DNA of 64,000 bases from Octopus sinensis. Taxonomy: Eukaryota. This document shows positions 12,346-23,779 of this stretch, in pieces. The notes under the pieces were generated by a model. That model had not been told where the DNA came from and did not search any database. It saw nothing but the letters and a program-made list of their open reading frames with translations. How positions within the stretch are numbered: the first letter of the stretch is position 1; each line of letters begins with the position of its first letter. A program made the translations under genes and the position numbers. The DNA lies in the NCBI RefSeq assembly GCF_006345805.1, contig NC_043000.1:45756001-45820000 (forward strand), given 5' to 3'.

Positions 12346-13659
12346 CTAGCAGAGATACCCGGCGTTGCCCGATTACATTCAATTGGAGAATTAGACATTT
12401 CTGTTATATCTTCTGTGATGAACTGGAATATCTATGTTTCGAATTTCATCAAAATTGCAGATGAGGGTTATTTCAATCTTTACACACCCTAAAAAATTGT
12501 AATCGTGCCACATGTATCCCATAATCCTGATTTTTATGCGCATATTCCAAAATTCCAGTCTTATTTAACTTGTTAAAAAGATTTTGTTCCTAAAAAATGA
12601 AGGTCATGGGGCTCTAAAATGTGAGAGTTAAGGCCCCTGTTGGGGGTGGGCATCTTAATGTCAACCAGAGAACTTGAATTGTTGAAAATCTTTTTAACTT
12701 GGGTCTTATATCTATTGTTTGAATTTCTTTGAAATAGGAAATATATGTTCACTGGGTTTGTAAAAGAGAGCAAAGCTACAGGAAACCAAAAGACGAATGA
12801 TCACAATAAGCAGTCAGTTACCCTACCCTAGTCGTTACCACTCCTAATGTAGGATTCCTCACCATCCAGATGACAGGCACAGCCGTAAGATGCATTACGA
12901 ATTTATAGCCATTGGAAGGGCGTGACCCAACTGAAATCAACATTAACAACTGTTTGACGTGAGAGCTAAGGAGAAATGAAAGTGTCACCTCTGTAGTTTG
13001 CAAATGACCACTATACTGATACGTAACTGGACAGAATAAATTTAAAATCTATAAATGTCTTCGAATAACCAGTCACTCATCTGGGAAGGCCTTGAAATCA
13101 ATGTTACCATCTGGGGACTATGTGTGACCGAGTGATAATAAAAAGACTGAAAGGAGGTCTGCAACCAAATAAATTTTACTCTACACTTTGCAACTGAATC
13201 AGTGGAGGCAAAGATGCCTCTCATTTACTTGACAATTTATGCAGCACATTGCAGAAATCACAATGTAAGTGTATGTCAAAGCAAACTGTTACACTGTTGT
13301 ACCATTGAATTACAAATAATGCTCATCTTTTATGCTCGGGTAACCCTACAGCTTCCAAGAGCACAACTGTATTCATTTTTGCTTAGATAAAATGACAAAA
13401 TTGTAGATGTTAAGTCCCCATGGAGGGGTCTTTCTAACTTTGTAAGATGAAATTTTATAGATATTACTTCATTTGTGTCTAATGTCTATGGTTAAAATTT
13501 CATCAACAGCAAAAATATATGAATTGTCATGGGCGTTATGGCCCTTATGCATAGAATATAATTTCCAAATTTCATAAAGATCCATTCAGTATTTTTGACC
13601 AAGCTTTGGATCATAAAAGAAATTGCTAAAATTTGGGATTTAAGGCTCCCATTAGGGTG

Positions 13660-13697
<38 letters not shown>
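12346..13697 (-). mobile_element. Larger non-autonomous Helitron-like element (~1.35 kb)
   Basis: Minus-strand 3' end gggcaacgccgggtatctctgCTAG is homologous to the short Helitron termini. The putative 5' TC lies at the (TA)n tract near 13697. No Rep/helicase ORF. Confidence 0.6.
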
Positions 13698-13700
<3 letters not shown>

Positions 13701-13747
13701 CCCGTAGACTCACTTGTATCTATCAATTATCTTTGTATGTGTGTGTG

Positions 13748-13861
<114 letters not shown>

Positions 13862-14199
13862 TACACACACACATGCACACATACAAAGATAAATTGATAG
13901 ATACAACTGAGTGGGCAAACAAAAATATGAGACACAGCCTAGTGCTTTTTTATGTTGATTAGTTTGTTCTTGTGAAACCAGTAAGTTATGTGGATGTAAA
14001 TAAGTGAACAGCAGTTGTGAAGCAGTGATGAGGGCGAAACACAGAGACAAAGACACACACATACACTTACATATATACATACATATGTATGCGATTTATT
14101 TGTTACAGTTCCTGTCTACGAAATCCATATATATTGTTGGCATCCTTTTTTTCTCGGGAGACAATGGAGTTGCGCATAAAATAATCTAGTCCGGCTTTT

Positions 14200-15870
14200 A
14201 CATTTCATGTCCTAATACATCTCTTGCTGTGGCTGTGTAGTCCTATCCGGGACAAACACTCCCTCTGACAGGTGCCGTAAATGTAGCGAAGACTTTGCCT
14301 GACTGGTTGTAATGTCATAGTTTCTTGTTGACGTCTTTTCTTGTCTTTCCATTTCTCCTTTCTCACTATGTCACTCCTTTGTGTTCCCTCTTTTACGGTA
14401 CGTCGCCAATCTCCATGGTTGCTGGCAACTGCTTCCCAGTTGGTAATATTGATGTTGCAGGCATTCATGTCCCTTTTGCAAACATCCTTGTATCGTAAGA
14501 ACAGTCTTCCTACAGACCTAGTGCCCCTAGCAAGCTCTCCGTTGAGTATGTCCTTGGGGATTCTGCCATCTTCCATACGGCTAACATGTCCAAGCCATCT
14601 CATACGTCTTTGTGTGAAGAGTGCAAACATGCTTGGTATTCCTGCTTGCTTGAGGACATCTTTGTTAGGGACATGATTCTGCCATTTGATGCGATGGATT
14701 TTCTGGAGACAGCGCAGGTGAAAGATATTTAGGCGACGTATGGCGTCGTATGGCGTGTGTATGGCGTCAAAGTCATACAGTAGAGTGCTAAGTACACATG
14801 CCTGGTAAATCTTCATTTTTGTGGTCTTGGTCGGCTTATTGTTGTCCCATGCGCGTTTGGTGAGTTGGGCCATCACAGCAGCTGCCTTGCCAATGCGTAT
14901 ATTGAGCTCAGCATCAAGGGATAGGTTGTAGGTGACGGTAGAGCCAAGATAGGTAAACTTCTCCACCTCCTATACTCTGTGGTCTCCAATATGTATGTTT
15001 GGGATGTCCGATGTAGCCTGACCCATGATGTTGGTCTTCTTGAGGCTGATAACTAAGCCAAAGTTGCCAAATGCTTGCTCAAAACAGTTGCTGAGCCTCT
15101 GATGAGATCTCCAGTAGTTGATTTCAGAGGGGCTGAGGTGGTTGCGGATGGACCGAGGGCCTTCTTCAAACCGGCATACATCCCATGGGTGTCGCCACTG
15201 TCAGCAGCTGACTGGATACTCTGACAGATTTCCTGTCAATACCCATTTGCACAGCGTCTAGCAGTCAGTTGGGTTTTATTTCTTGCCTTTCTGAGTTCTT
15301 CGTGTGACTTTGTAGAAGAATCACTCTTGTATTGCATCAGAGCTGTACGCTTTGCTTCGATAACTGGTTCCAGCTCTGAGAGCCCAGCACTGAACAAAAT
15401 CTGGGTTTTACCTTTCTCTCATTCCGAAAGTATCTATTGATGTGGTATACAAAGCTTCCCTGATATAATTCCACCTACTTTCAGCAGAGGAGGTTGGGCA
15501 GCTACTGAGGGCAACCTTGATAGAAACAGCAAAACATTGTCGCAGTGTAGGGTCCGAGGTTCTGGCAGTGTTAATGCGTGGTCGGCCCATTTTCTTGGAG
15601 TGATGGACTTTTTAGGCAGAATCCTCACCCTTCTTATTAGTGAATGATCTGTGTCACAATCCGCGCTACGGGTCAGTTGAACAGAATTCAGAAAGGATCT
15701 TCGTGTAATGATGAGATCCAACTGATGCCAGTGGTGAGATGTTGGATGTCTCCAAGATGCCTTGTGGGATGTCTTGTTGGGAAAGAATGTGTTGGTGATG
15801 CACAGGTTATGGTATGTGCAAAATTCAAGTAGTCTCTGGCCATTGTCATTCATGTTGCCAATACTAAAAC
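14200..15870 (-). mobile_element. RTE-clade LINE, 5'-truncated with most of the RT core deleted
   Basis: ORF 15434-15892 contains the APE endonuclease C-terminus (NDNGQRLLEFC...NLCITNTFF...HWHQLDLIITRR). ORF 14205-14966 contains the RT C-terminus (FTYLGS, RIGKAAAVM, KMKIYQACVLSTLLY, RWLGHVSRMEDGRIPK). The two parts join near 15105 without RT domains 0-5. Confidence 0.9.
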
Positions 15871-15938
15871 ACATACACTTACATATATACATACATATAT
15901 ATACGATTGATTTGTTTCAGTTCCTGTTCACGAAATCC

Positions 15939-16013
<75 letters not shown>

Positions 16014-16089
16014 GATAAATTGTTAGATACAACTGAGTGGGCAAACAAAAATGTGAGACACTGCGTAGAGCTTTTTTAAATTTTGATAA

Positions 16090-16365
16090 GCCTGGTACTT
16101 ATTCTATCAGTTTCTTCTTGTGAAACCAGAATGTTATGGGGATGTAAATAAACGAACACCAGTTGTGAAGCAGTGATGAGGGAGCAACACAAATACACAC
16201 ACACAGACTTACATACATACATAGATATATATACGATTGATTTATTTCAGTTTCTGTCTACAAAATCCACTGACAAGGCTTTGGTTGGTCTCAGGCTATA
16301 GTAAAAGACACATGCCAAGTTACCACACAGTGGGACTGAACTGAGAACCATGTGTTTTGGAACCA
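16090..16365 (-). mobile_element. SINE family A, diverged copy
   Basis: Contains ccacacagtgggactgaac and caaaatccactgacaaggctttgg as in the other copies. Confidence 0.75.
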
Positions 16366-16497
16366 TAAGAATACTTATGCATAAATCTAAAATCTTAAAT
16401 AATTCCTTTGTTATTGTAGTATATATTAATAAAAAATGGAATATTCCCTAAATGATTTTCATTTCTTATTTAAACGTGAAAATCTTGAAAGAAATAA

Positions 16498-17301
16498 CCT
16501 CCACACCTAGAGGGCGAATTTATAACGGCTGCGGTAATCAAAGGAAACGAAGATAAAGTGGACATCCTCCACGCCATTATGAAATATGAAGGCGTGAGAG
16601 GTGCCACACTAGAAATGAACATACAGACGGAGGCGGAAGTAATAGAAAAGCTTACGGACAGTATAAAAACTGGGAATATTATTATGAGAGTGTGGGTGGA
16701 GGGTAGGGCGCCCAGGTGCTACAAGTGTGGCCTGAGGGGTCACATAAGAGCCTACTGCCCTCCCCCACCAAAGGAAAAGGAAAACGTTGCTGAAGCCCCA
16801 AAAGAGGAAGAAACTAAAGAGAACCAAACAGAAAAGGAAACGACAGAAGAAGAGGAGATGCAGCAAGAGTGGGAAGAAGGCAGAAAGAAGAGAAAAAGAA
16901 AGAAAAAGAAAAACTGTGCGAAGCCCCAACCCACCCCAACACCACCCACACCCTTGGAGTCCCATCCTTCCCCTGCAAACAGTGATTCCACCCACTCCCC
17001 GCCTACAAGAAAAATAAAAACAGACACACAGAACAAAGAAAGTCCCAAGACCCACTTTTTATGTGTTATAAATGGGAAAGACACACAAAACGCAAAAGGG
17101 GTGTTAAGCAATTGGTACGAACATGAAGATTGTAGTTATACGGCTGTGGATGGTGATGATATGGACTTATTGGTGAGAAGGTTTGAGGAAGAGGGTGTGT
17201 GTTGGAAGTCAGTGCAAATGAAAGATGAAATGATAGAGAGGGCTGAAAGAAAAATGAACGTTGTGATAAGTAAGCAAGGAATGCTAATTGGAAATGGGTG
17301 A
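16498..17301 (+). CDS. ORF1/gag-like CCHC zinc-knuckle protein of a non-LTR retroelement (5'-truncated, no ATG at the 5' end)
   Basis: Stop-free frame from 16498 to TGA at 17301. CX2CX4HX4C motif CYKCGLRGHIRAYC is preceded by EGRAPR. It is followed by an acidic tract, a basic KKRKRKKKK tract, a Pro-rich linker and an ~85 aa C-terminal region. Confidence 0.75.
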   Translation, partial: PPHLEGEFITAAVIKGNEDKVDILHAIMKYEGVRGATLEMNIQTEAEVIEKLTDSIKTGNIIMRVWVEGRAPRCYKCGLRGHIRAYCPPPPKEKENVAEAPKEEETKENQTEKETTEEEEMQQEWEEGRKKRKRKKKKNCAKPQPTPTPPTPLESHPSPANSDSTHSPPTRKIKTDTQNKESPKTHFLCVINGKDTQNAKGVLSNWYEHEDCSYTAVDGDDMDLLVRRFEEEGVCWKSVQMKDEMIERAERKMNVVISKQGMLIGNG

Positions 17302-17462
17302 AAAAGGACAGGTAAGTGATGCTGACGGATGGGGCCGTCGTCATCGCTTTCATATATCATTTTTCATATTTCATTTTGCTCATATATATGTAATTGTGAT
17401 GTTCTATGTCCCCAATGTTTGTAACGTCCCCTCTATGTAGCCCCTAGTGGGTAATAAAAAAT
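16498..17462 (+). mobile_element. ORF1-only non-autonomous retroelement with a SINE-B-type 3' tail
   Basis: After the stop comes a ~160 nt 3' UTR ending gtcccctctatgtagcccctagtgggtaataaaaaat, which matches the SINE family B tail. No endonuclease or RT sequence follows. Confidence 0.65.
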
Positions 17463-17731
17463 CACAGATACAAGGATGTGATATAATGACACTTATTCAT
17501 ATTCATAGATACTCAACAACTGAACTTTCACCAACTGAATACTCTTCATGTAGTGCCTTACTGCTTTCTGCTGGATTTTTACCTCGAGAAAGGAACCCTG
17601 AGGAAGGAGGGCTGAATTTCGAATACTTCGTACAACAAACGGCTGCAGGTTAGGAAAAAATTTTAATCGCCTCTTTCAATTTAGGTTTTTATTTTTCATG
17701 TTTATATTCGTATTTCATTGTTATGTTTATA

Positions 17732-18298
17732 TTGGGTTGTCCGGAAACTTCGTTCCGATTTTTAAAGGAAAGTACATGGTCACTAAATACTTGCCATTAC
17801 ATTTTTAATGAACCAAATTTGAACCATTTCGTTGCACAATACGTCTCCATCTTACCTTTACCTTAAAAATACCCTCTTCCCAGAATTGGGGTGGTTTCAA
17901 GGCAAATAATTCATCAAGGTATCTTTTTACGTCATCTAAGGAATTGAAATTTTCACCATTAATACTATTCTGCAGAGACCTGAATAAGTGGAAATCCGAA
18001 GGAGTAATATCTGGTGAATATGGAGGGTGGGGTAAGTCACCCCAGCCAAGCCGCAGCAATTTTTGTCTGGTTCCCAAAGCATCAAATGCCGATAATGAAT
18101 TTTTCTCATCTTTTAATTTAAAGGGTTACAGAATTAACACAGGTTATTGGAACATAAACCTTCTTCCACGAAAAGATAGATTAAACTATGCTCCAAATGG
18201 AGGTGTAGTCAAATCCTATTTTATGGACTCAAACATGTTCTAAAATAAGTCGAAAGATAAGCTACTATAAATCTGCAAGAACTTTCCGGACAACCCAA
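17732..18298 (-). mobile_element. Mariner internal-deletion derivative (567 bp)
   Basis: TIRs ttgggttgtccggaaa / tttccggacaacccaa with TA on both sides. N-terminal MRKIHYRHLMLW is fused to the C-terminus LGWGDLPHPPYSPDITPSDFHLFRSLQN. Confidence 0.92.
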
Positions 18299-18697
18299 TA
18301 TTTCTATATTTTTATCATGAAATTCTTAATATAAATATGTGGATATTCGTATGGAATAATACCTCATGTGCTACATCTGAATCTTCTTGTCTGAATGTTT
18401 TAAGACAAATATCCGAAATTTTTATCGTATACCACATTTTATTAATACTTAGCTCATATACGGAGACAAAAATGTTGTACTATATACTGCAGGTTATCTC
18501 CATTAAAATTATATTTAGCATTAGAATTCTTCAAGTTGTATAAAAATGGTTTTTGTCGGCATCATTCGAAAGCGAAATAAATTTTGCATAAGGTGTAAAA
18601 GATAAAGATAATTTGTATGGTGTTAGTAACAAAATATTTTGTAAGAAAAAGAACTTTTATTGTCTGTCTTAAATATATTTTCGCCAGTGTATATATC

Positions 18698-21200
18698 TCA
18701 GGTCATCCCATAAGTTCTGTCTGAATTTTGGATAAAGAATACAAGTGATCAAATGTTATATTTAATTGAAAGTTAATCATCAATGTACTTTCCCTAATTA
18801 TCTATGACTTACCTCCATCTATTTACAAGCTTTTTAATCCCATCAACGTAAAACTCTTTTGGTTTGAAAGCGAAGAACTCTGAAATGTCAGGTTCGACCT
18901 CCCCCTGGCTTGCGAAAGTTGTATCACCCTACTAATTCTGTAAACTATGAAACAAATGGTATCCTGAAGGAGTAAGATCGGGAGAATAAGTTGGATGAAG
19001 AAATTTTTCCAAACCGACCCCTTCGATCTTCTGTGATGTGATCTTTGCAGTGTGGGGTTGCGCATTGTCACTAAAGCGGCTCTTTTTTCCTTCAAAGCTT
19101 GGTTCAAACGCTCTAATTGCTGACAGTAGACTTGAGCATTGATTGTTGCATTAGGTGGTAACAATATAAAGTGAATTACGCCTTTGCAATCGCACCAGAT
19201 AGAGAGTAGAACCTTTTTCCCATGAAGTTCCCTTCTCGGTTCTGGTTGAGAATTTTCCCTTTTACCAAGCCACTGTTTACGACGTCTAACATTTCGATAG
19301 AAAATCCATTTTTCATCACAAGTCTATCGAAAAAGGGTGAAATGAGTTTGCGAGAATGGAGAGAAGAGCAGATGCCAACTCGGGATTTCCACGTTGTTGA
19401 AGATGACGATGAACTGTTGTATGGTTTGAAGTAAGCTTTATTGCCAATTCTTCAACTGATAATGACAGATTTTCTTCAAGTAATGCCTCAAGGAGCTTGT
19501 CAAACTCAACTGGACATCCTGTTCGATATTCATCTTCAATTTTGCAGACGATCTCCTGCAAGTTCTTTCATTCGAGCACTTTGCCATAAACTGAGTATAT
19601 GTTTCGAGTCACTTCGGCAGCAGAGTTACCTTTATTGTACTCATAAGGAATTATACGTGCCTTAAATGCTCCTTGGATACTTCCATGTTGAAAGGGTTTT
19701 AATCAAAGCAATTTTAGGGTGTCCACGAAGTCTGGGTTTATGGAACAACATCATAACATAAACAAATAAATATAAGAAATAATAATTTTCCTTTTTTACT
19801 TTTGTTTAAATTAAATTTAAAAAATACTTTACTTTTCTAAATTTATTTGTTATTTTTTCTACAGATGATCGAATGATGGCTCTGTCTAAAGAAGAAAGAA
19901 TCTCAGATCGAATGATGAATCTGTCTAAAGAAGAACGAATCGAGTTAGTATTATTAAGTGGACGAGAGGGATGGTCTTATCGCAAAATTGCGGAAGAATT
20001 TAATCTTCCACCCCCTTGTAGGCAACCTATTTATTTTACTGCCGTCAGGAAATTGATCAAGAAATTTAAAGAAACAGGCAGTGTTTTGGATAAACCCCGT
20101 TCCGGGCGACCAAAGACTTCAGATGAAACTAAAGAGGCTGTCGAGGCTAAAGTTTCTGCTAGCTAGCCCCCAAAAATCACTTCGTCGGACATCTACGGTG
20201 TTAGGTGTTCCAAAACCAACCATCCATAAAATGCTGGTTGAGGAAAAGTTTCATCGATACAACCTACAGATATTGCATCACTTAAATGAAGACGATCCTG
20301 ATAGACGAGTGTAGACGTGCGAATGGTTTTCATATAAATTGGATGAAAATATCAATTTTACGAAAAACTTTGTTCAGTGACAAAGCTACGTTTTATGTAA
20401 ATGGTGAGGTCAACAGACAGAATCTTCTATACTGGTCTCGAGGTAATCCACATTGGATGGATCTATCCAAACAGCAAGACAGCAAAAAGGTGATGGTGTG
20501 GTGTGGGTTTTGGAAAGCTCGTGTTCTAGGACCCTTCTTCATTGAACATGTAACGGACAAGACTTATGCAAATATATTGAGAGACAAATTAATATCTTAA
20601 ATTGAGCGCCTAGGCGAGGGCCTTCCGAATTAGTTTCAGCAGGATGGGGCCCCTACCCATTTTGCCACAACTGTTAGAGATTGATTTAATGACACTTTTC
20701 CTCCTCACTAGATTGAAAGAAGGGGTCATATGGAATGGTCCCCTCGTTCACCAGACCTTTCTCCCCTTGATTTCTTTTTTTTTTTTTCAAAGAGAAAGTT
20801 TACTCAATAAAGATTACAGATTTAAAACACATGAGAGAACGCATTACCAGTCAGTGTGCTTAAATTGATGGCAATGTAGACTTATTTAATCAAGTTCACC
20901 TGAATTTTGCAAGGCGCATCAAGTTATGCATTGAAAATGATGGAAATCACTTTGAAAATATTATTTATTAACATTATAATTAAATAAAATTGTTTTGTCT
21001 TAAAAGTATGTGTTAATCCCCATGTACGCAGACTTTGTGGACACCGTCTATTATTTTGTAAAACAATATTGAATTAGTTTAAACGTACACAAATGCATAA
21101 AAATAATTTTTATTTGAATTAGACATTTGCAAATACTATTAAATTTCATTCAAATCTAAAAAATAAGGTAAAATTAGACAGAACTGACTGGATGACTTGA
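18698..21200 (-). mobile_element. Decayed mariner, interrupted in its 5' UTR by a second Tc1/mariner element
   Basis: TIRs tcaggtcatcccataagttctgtct (18698) and agacagaactgactggatgacttga (ends 21200). Frameshifted transposase from ATG 19686 (MEVSKEHLRH...DEYRTGCP...HPTYSPDLTPSGYHLF) to ~18780. Confidence 0.88.
19717..21048 (+). mobile_element. Tc1/mariner-superfamily element with DD41D spacing (rosa/VS-like), pseudogenised transposase
   Basis: TIRs gggtgtccacgaagtctg / cagactttgtggacaccg flanked by TA. Motifs KPRSGRPK, FSDKATF, VMVWCG, FQQDGAP...WSPRSPDLSPLDFF. Counted 41 codons between the second and third Asp. Several in-frame stops. Confidence 0.88.
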
Positions 21201-21825
21201 TATATATAACTATGATATTCTAGTAAGTTTGAAGTTTATAACACCTTGATATCTCATGTTATCTCATTTTATATGCCTAAGACGTTTATTTTCTATTCTG
21301 GTTTTTATATATTTCTATACATTATATTTATATCTATAATTTATTTTAAGCCGAAACTTAATACGATCCTTGTACGAACGAAAGAACAAGAATGTTTCGG
21401 GAAATTCACATGAGTTGACTTTGTTTCCTCATAACTTGGATATTTTTTAATGAAATTTGCTACAAATACTTTTCAGAATGTATATATTCAGATTATATTG
21501 GAATTTGATGTGAAAAGGAAAATAGTGGCACACATCACAATTTCTTTCGAAATCTCAAGTTTCCTAACCACAGAATCTTTTTAAATATCTCAAGTTTCAT
21601 TTTGTACATATATGATATCCATTAGTACATATGTGCATAAAAGCCCACCATTTTTGTATTTTCTTTTGTCATATTAAAACCCCAGCGTTTTCGATAGCCG
21701 CTCATGAAAAAGTGAAAGTCTTTCTTCGGCAATTTCTTGATTTCAGCAACTATTTTCGGAAAAAAAATTTTGCCCCCTACCCCTCCACCTCCAATTTCTT
21801 CATTTCTCGCTTGTTTCCGTAACTC

Positions 21826-21938
21826 TAATCCTAAATCCCAACCCTAACCCTAAAACCCAAAACCTAACTCTAAAACCCTAACCATAAAACCTAGCTCTAA
21901 AACCCTAACCCTAAAACCCTAACCTTAAAACCCAAACC
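21826..21938 (+). repeat. Degenerate telomere-like (CCCTAA/CCCTAAAA)n tract
   Basis: aaccctaaccctaaaacccaaaacctaactctaaaaccctaacc..., directly abutting a MITE arm. Confidence 0.7.
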
Positions 21939-21939
21939 C

Positions 21940-22455
21940 GGATCTTTTCTTTTTGAAAGCCAGATTTTTCAGATTTTTCTAGTTAACTAAATAATTTGAA
22001 ACTTCGTATACTGGTAGAATGTGTCAAAAGAAAACAATAATTTCAACTAGTTTTTTTGACAAAAATATATTTTATAAGTTTAAACGTAGTTTAAATCTGC
22101 GAATTTTAACCAATCATATTGTCTCTTTTCATTTGAAATTATTAGCTGCATAGTGTTAATGTGACGTAGATAGCTATTTTGTGAGTGGGTAAGCAGTAAG
22201 CAAACAGCTGTGGTAGATATGGTTATCATGGCAGTGGTGGTAGTGGTGATAGTGGATGTGTATGATGGCAGCAATTATAGTGATGATAGTAGTAGTAGCA
22301 TTGATTATGTTAGGATGTCTCATGGATGGTAGTGTTGGTGTGTGTGTGTGGGTGTATGTATGATTCAAAACAGTTTGATTCAAATTCTGTGGTACTTATA
22401 TATTCATACATACATATACATGTAGATGTATATAACATATATATTGTATGTAAAC

Positions 22456-22497
<42 letters not shown>

Positions 22498-22571
22498 GTA
22501 TGCATCTATAATACACACACATTATAAATATATACACATATATGCATATGCATTAGAATATGTGTGTATAG

Positions 22572-22603
<32 letters not shown>

Positions 22604-22972
22604 GCATATGTTTGTATATATGTGTGTGTGTAGCTATTTAGGATCTACACAAATTTTATATATACTCCACGAAGTTTATAAGCGGAGATGTTTACATTTT
22701 AGTTAGCTATTTACATGTTTACGTTAACTACGTCACAAAATAGTTGTTTACGTTGCAGTAACAATATTTTGAGAAGCAGTAAATAATATGAGGCCGAAAG
22801 TAAGAATACCATTGGTTAAAATTCGAATTTTTAAACAACGTTAAACTTAGAAATTACAATTCCGTTTTCATTTTGGTTTACAATTGTTTTCTTTTGACAC
22901 ATTCTACCAGTATACGAAGTTTCAAATTGTTTAGTTAGCTAGGAAAATCTGGCGTTCAAACTGAAAAGATCC
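21940..22972. mobile_element. MITE-like element with long inverted arms (GGATCTTTT...AAAAGATCC)
   Basis: Left arm 21940-22200 and right arm 22670-22972 are inverted homologues (gaaacttcgtatactggtagaatgtgtcaaaagaaaaca). The interior holds microsatellites and a CAC/CAT-rich segment. Confidence 0.7.
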
Positions 22973-23779
22973 ATGTTTTATTCAATGTAACTTATAATTT
23001 CTTCTAGCAGTCAAAATTCTACAATTCTATATTAATCTTGGCATTTCTCTTAAGGTTCATTGAGTTTTCAAAAAACTTAGGCAGTATTTAATAACATAAC
23101 AAAAACACACACCTTAGCACTAATTAAACTAATAGCATCTGATAAAAATACTTCCCTTAATTGTGAAATGTATACTTGGCAATAAAACTGAGACACAAAT
23201 CTGGTATATATAGTTTGTCAACCTGTTCCATAATATCTCGGTGCATACAAAAGTTTAGCAAAAACATAGAAGCATTGAGAAAATTAAGTTTGGAGTCAGC
23301 AATTCTGTAATTCTGTTTAATTAATTGAGAAACTGAAAAACTGATTAAATATCCAAATTACAAAGTGCAAAAGTTTGCTAAACTATTCAAAACATTTGTA
23401 AGTTAATACATCTTAATTCTTTATTATTTTAAATACATACATGTGTGTGTGTGCACGGCTCTGCATGTTTGTAACTGTCTAAATGTGTGTAATATGCATG
23501 CGTATATCATCATCACCATCACCATCACCATCATCATCATCATCCTCATCATTTAACCTCTGTTTTCCATACTGGCATGGGATGGCCCATTTGACATGAA
23601 AACTAGCCAGCTGGGAGCTGTCCAAACTCCAATTGTCTGTTGTATTCAAATATGAAACAGAAACAGCCCTAGAGCAATACACATTAGCAACCACAAATAC
23701 TTTATGTACATGCTTCATGTATTTGCTGGTAGGCTGTGATTTGGTGTGGTGGAGAATACACTCTCAAACACCCAGCACT

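Noticed and set aside
16609-17360. Overlapping minus-strand ORFs
   Set aside because: Antisense shadows of the purine-rich CCHC ORF.
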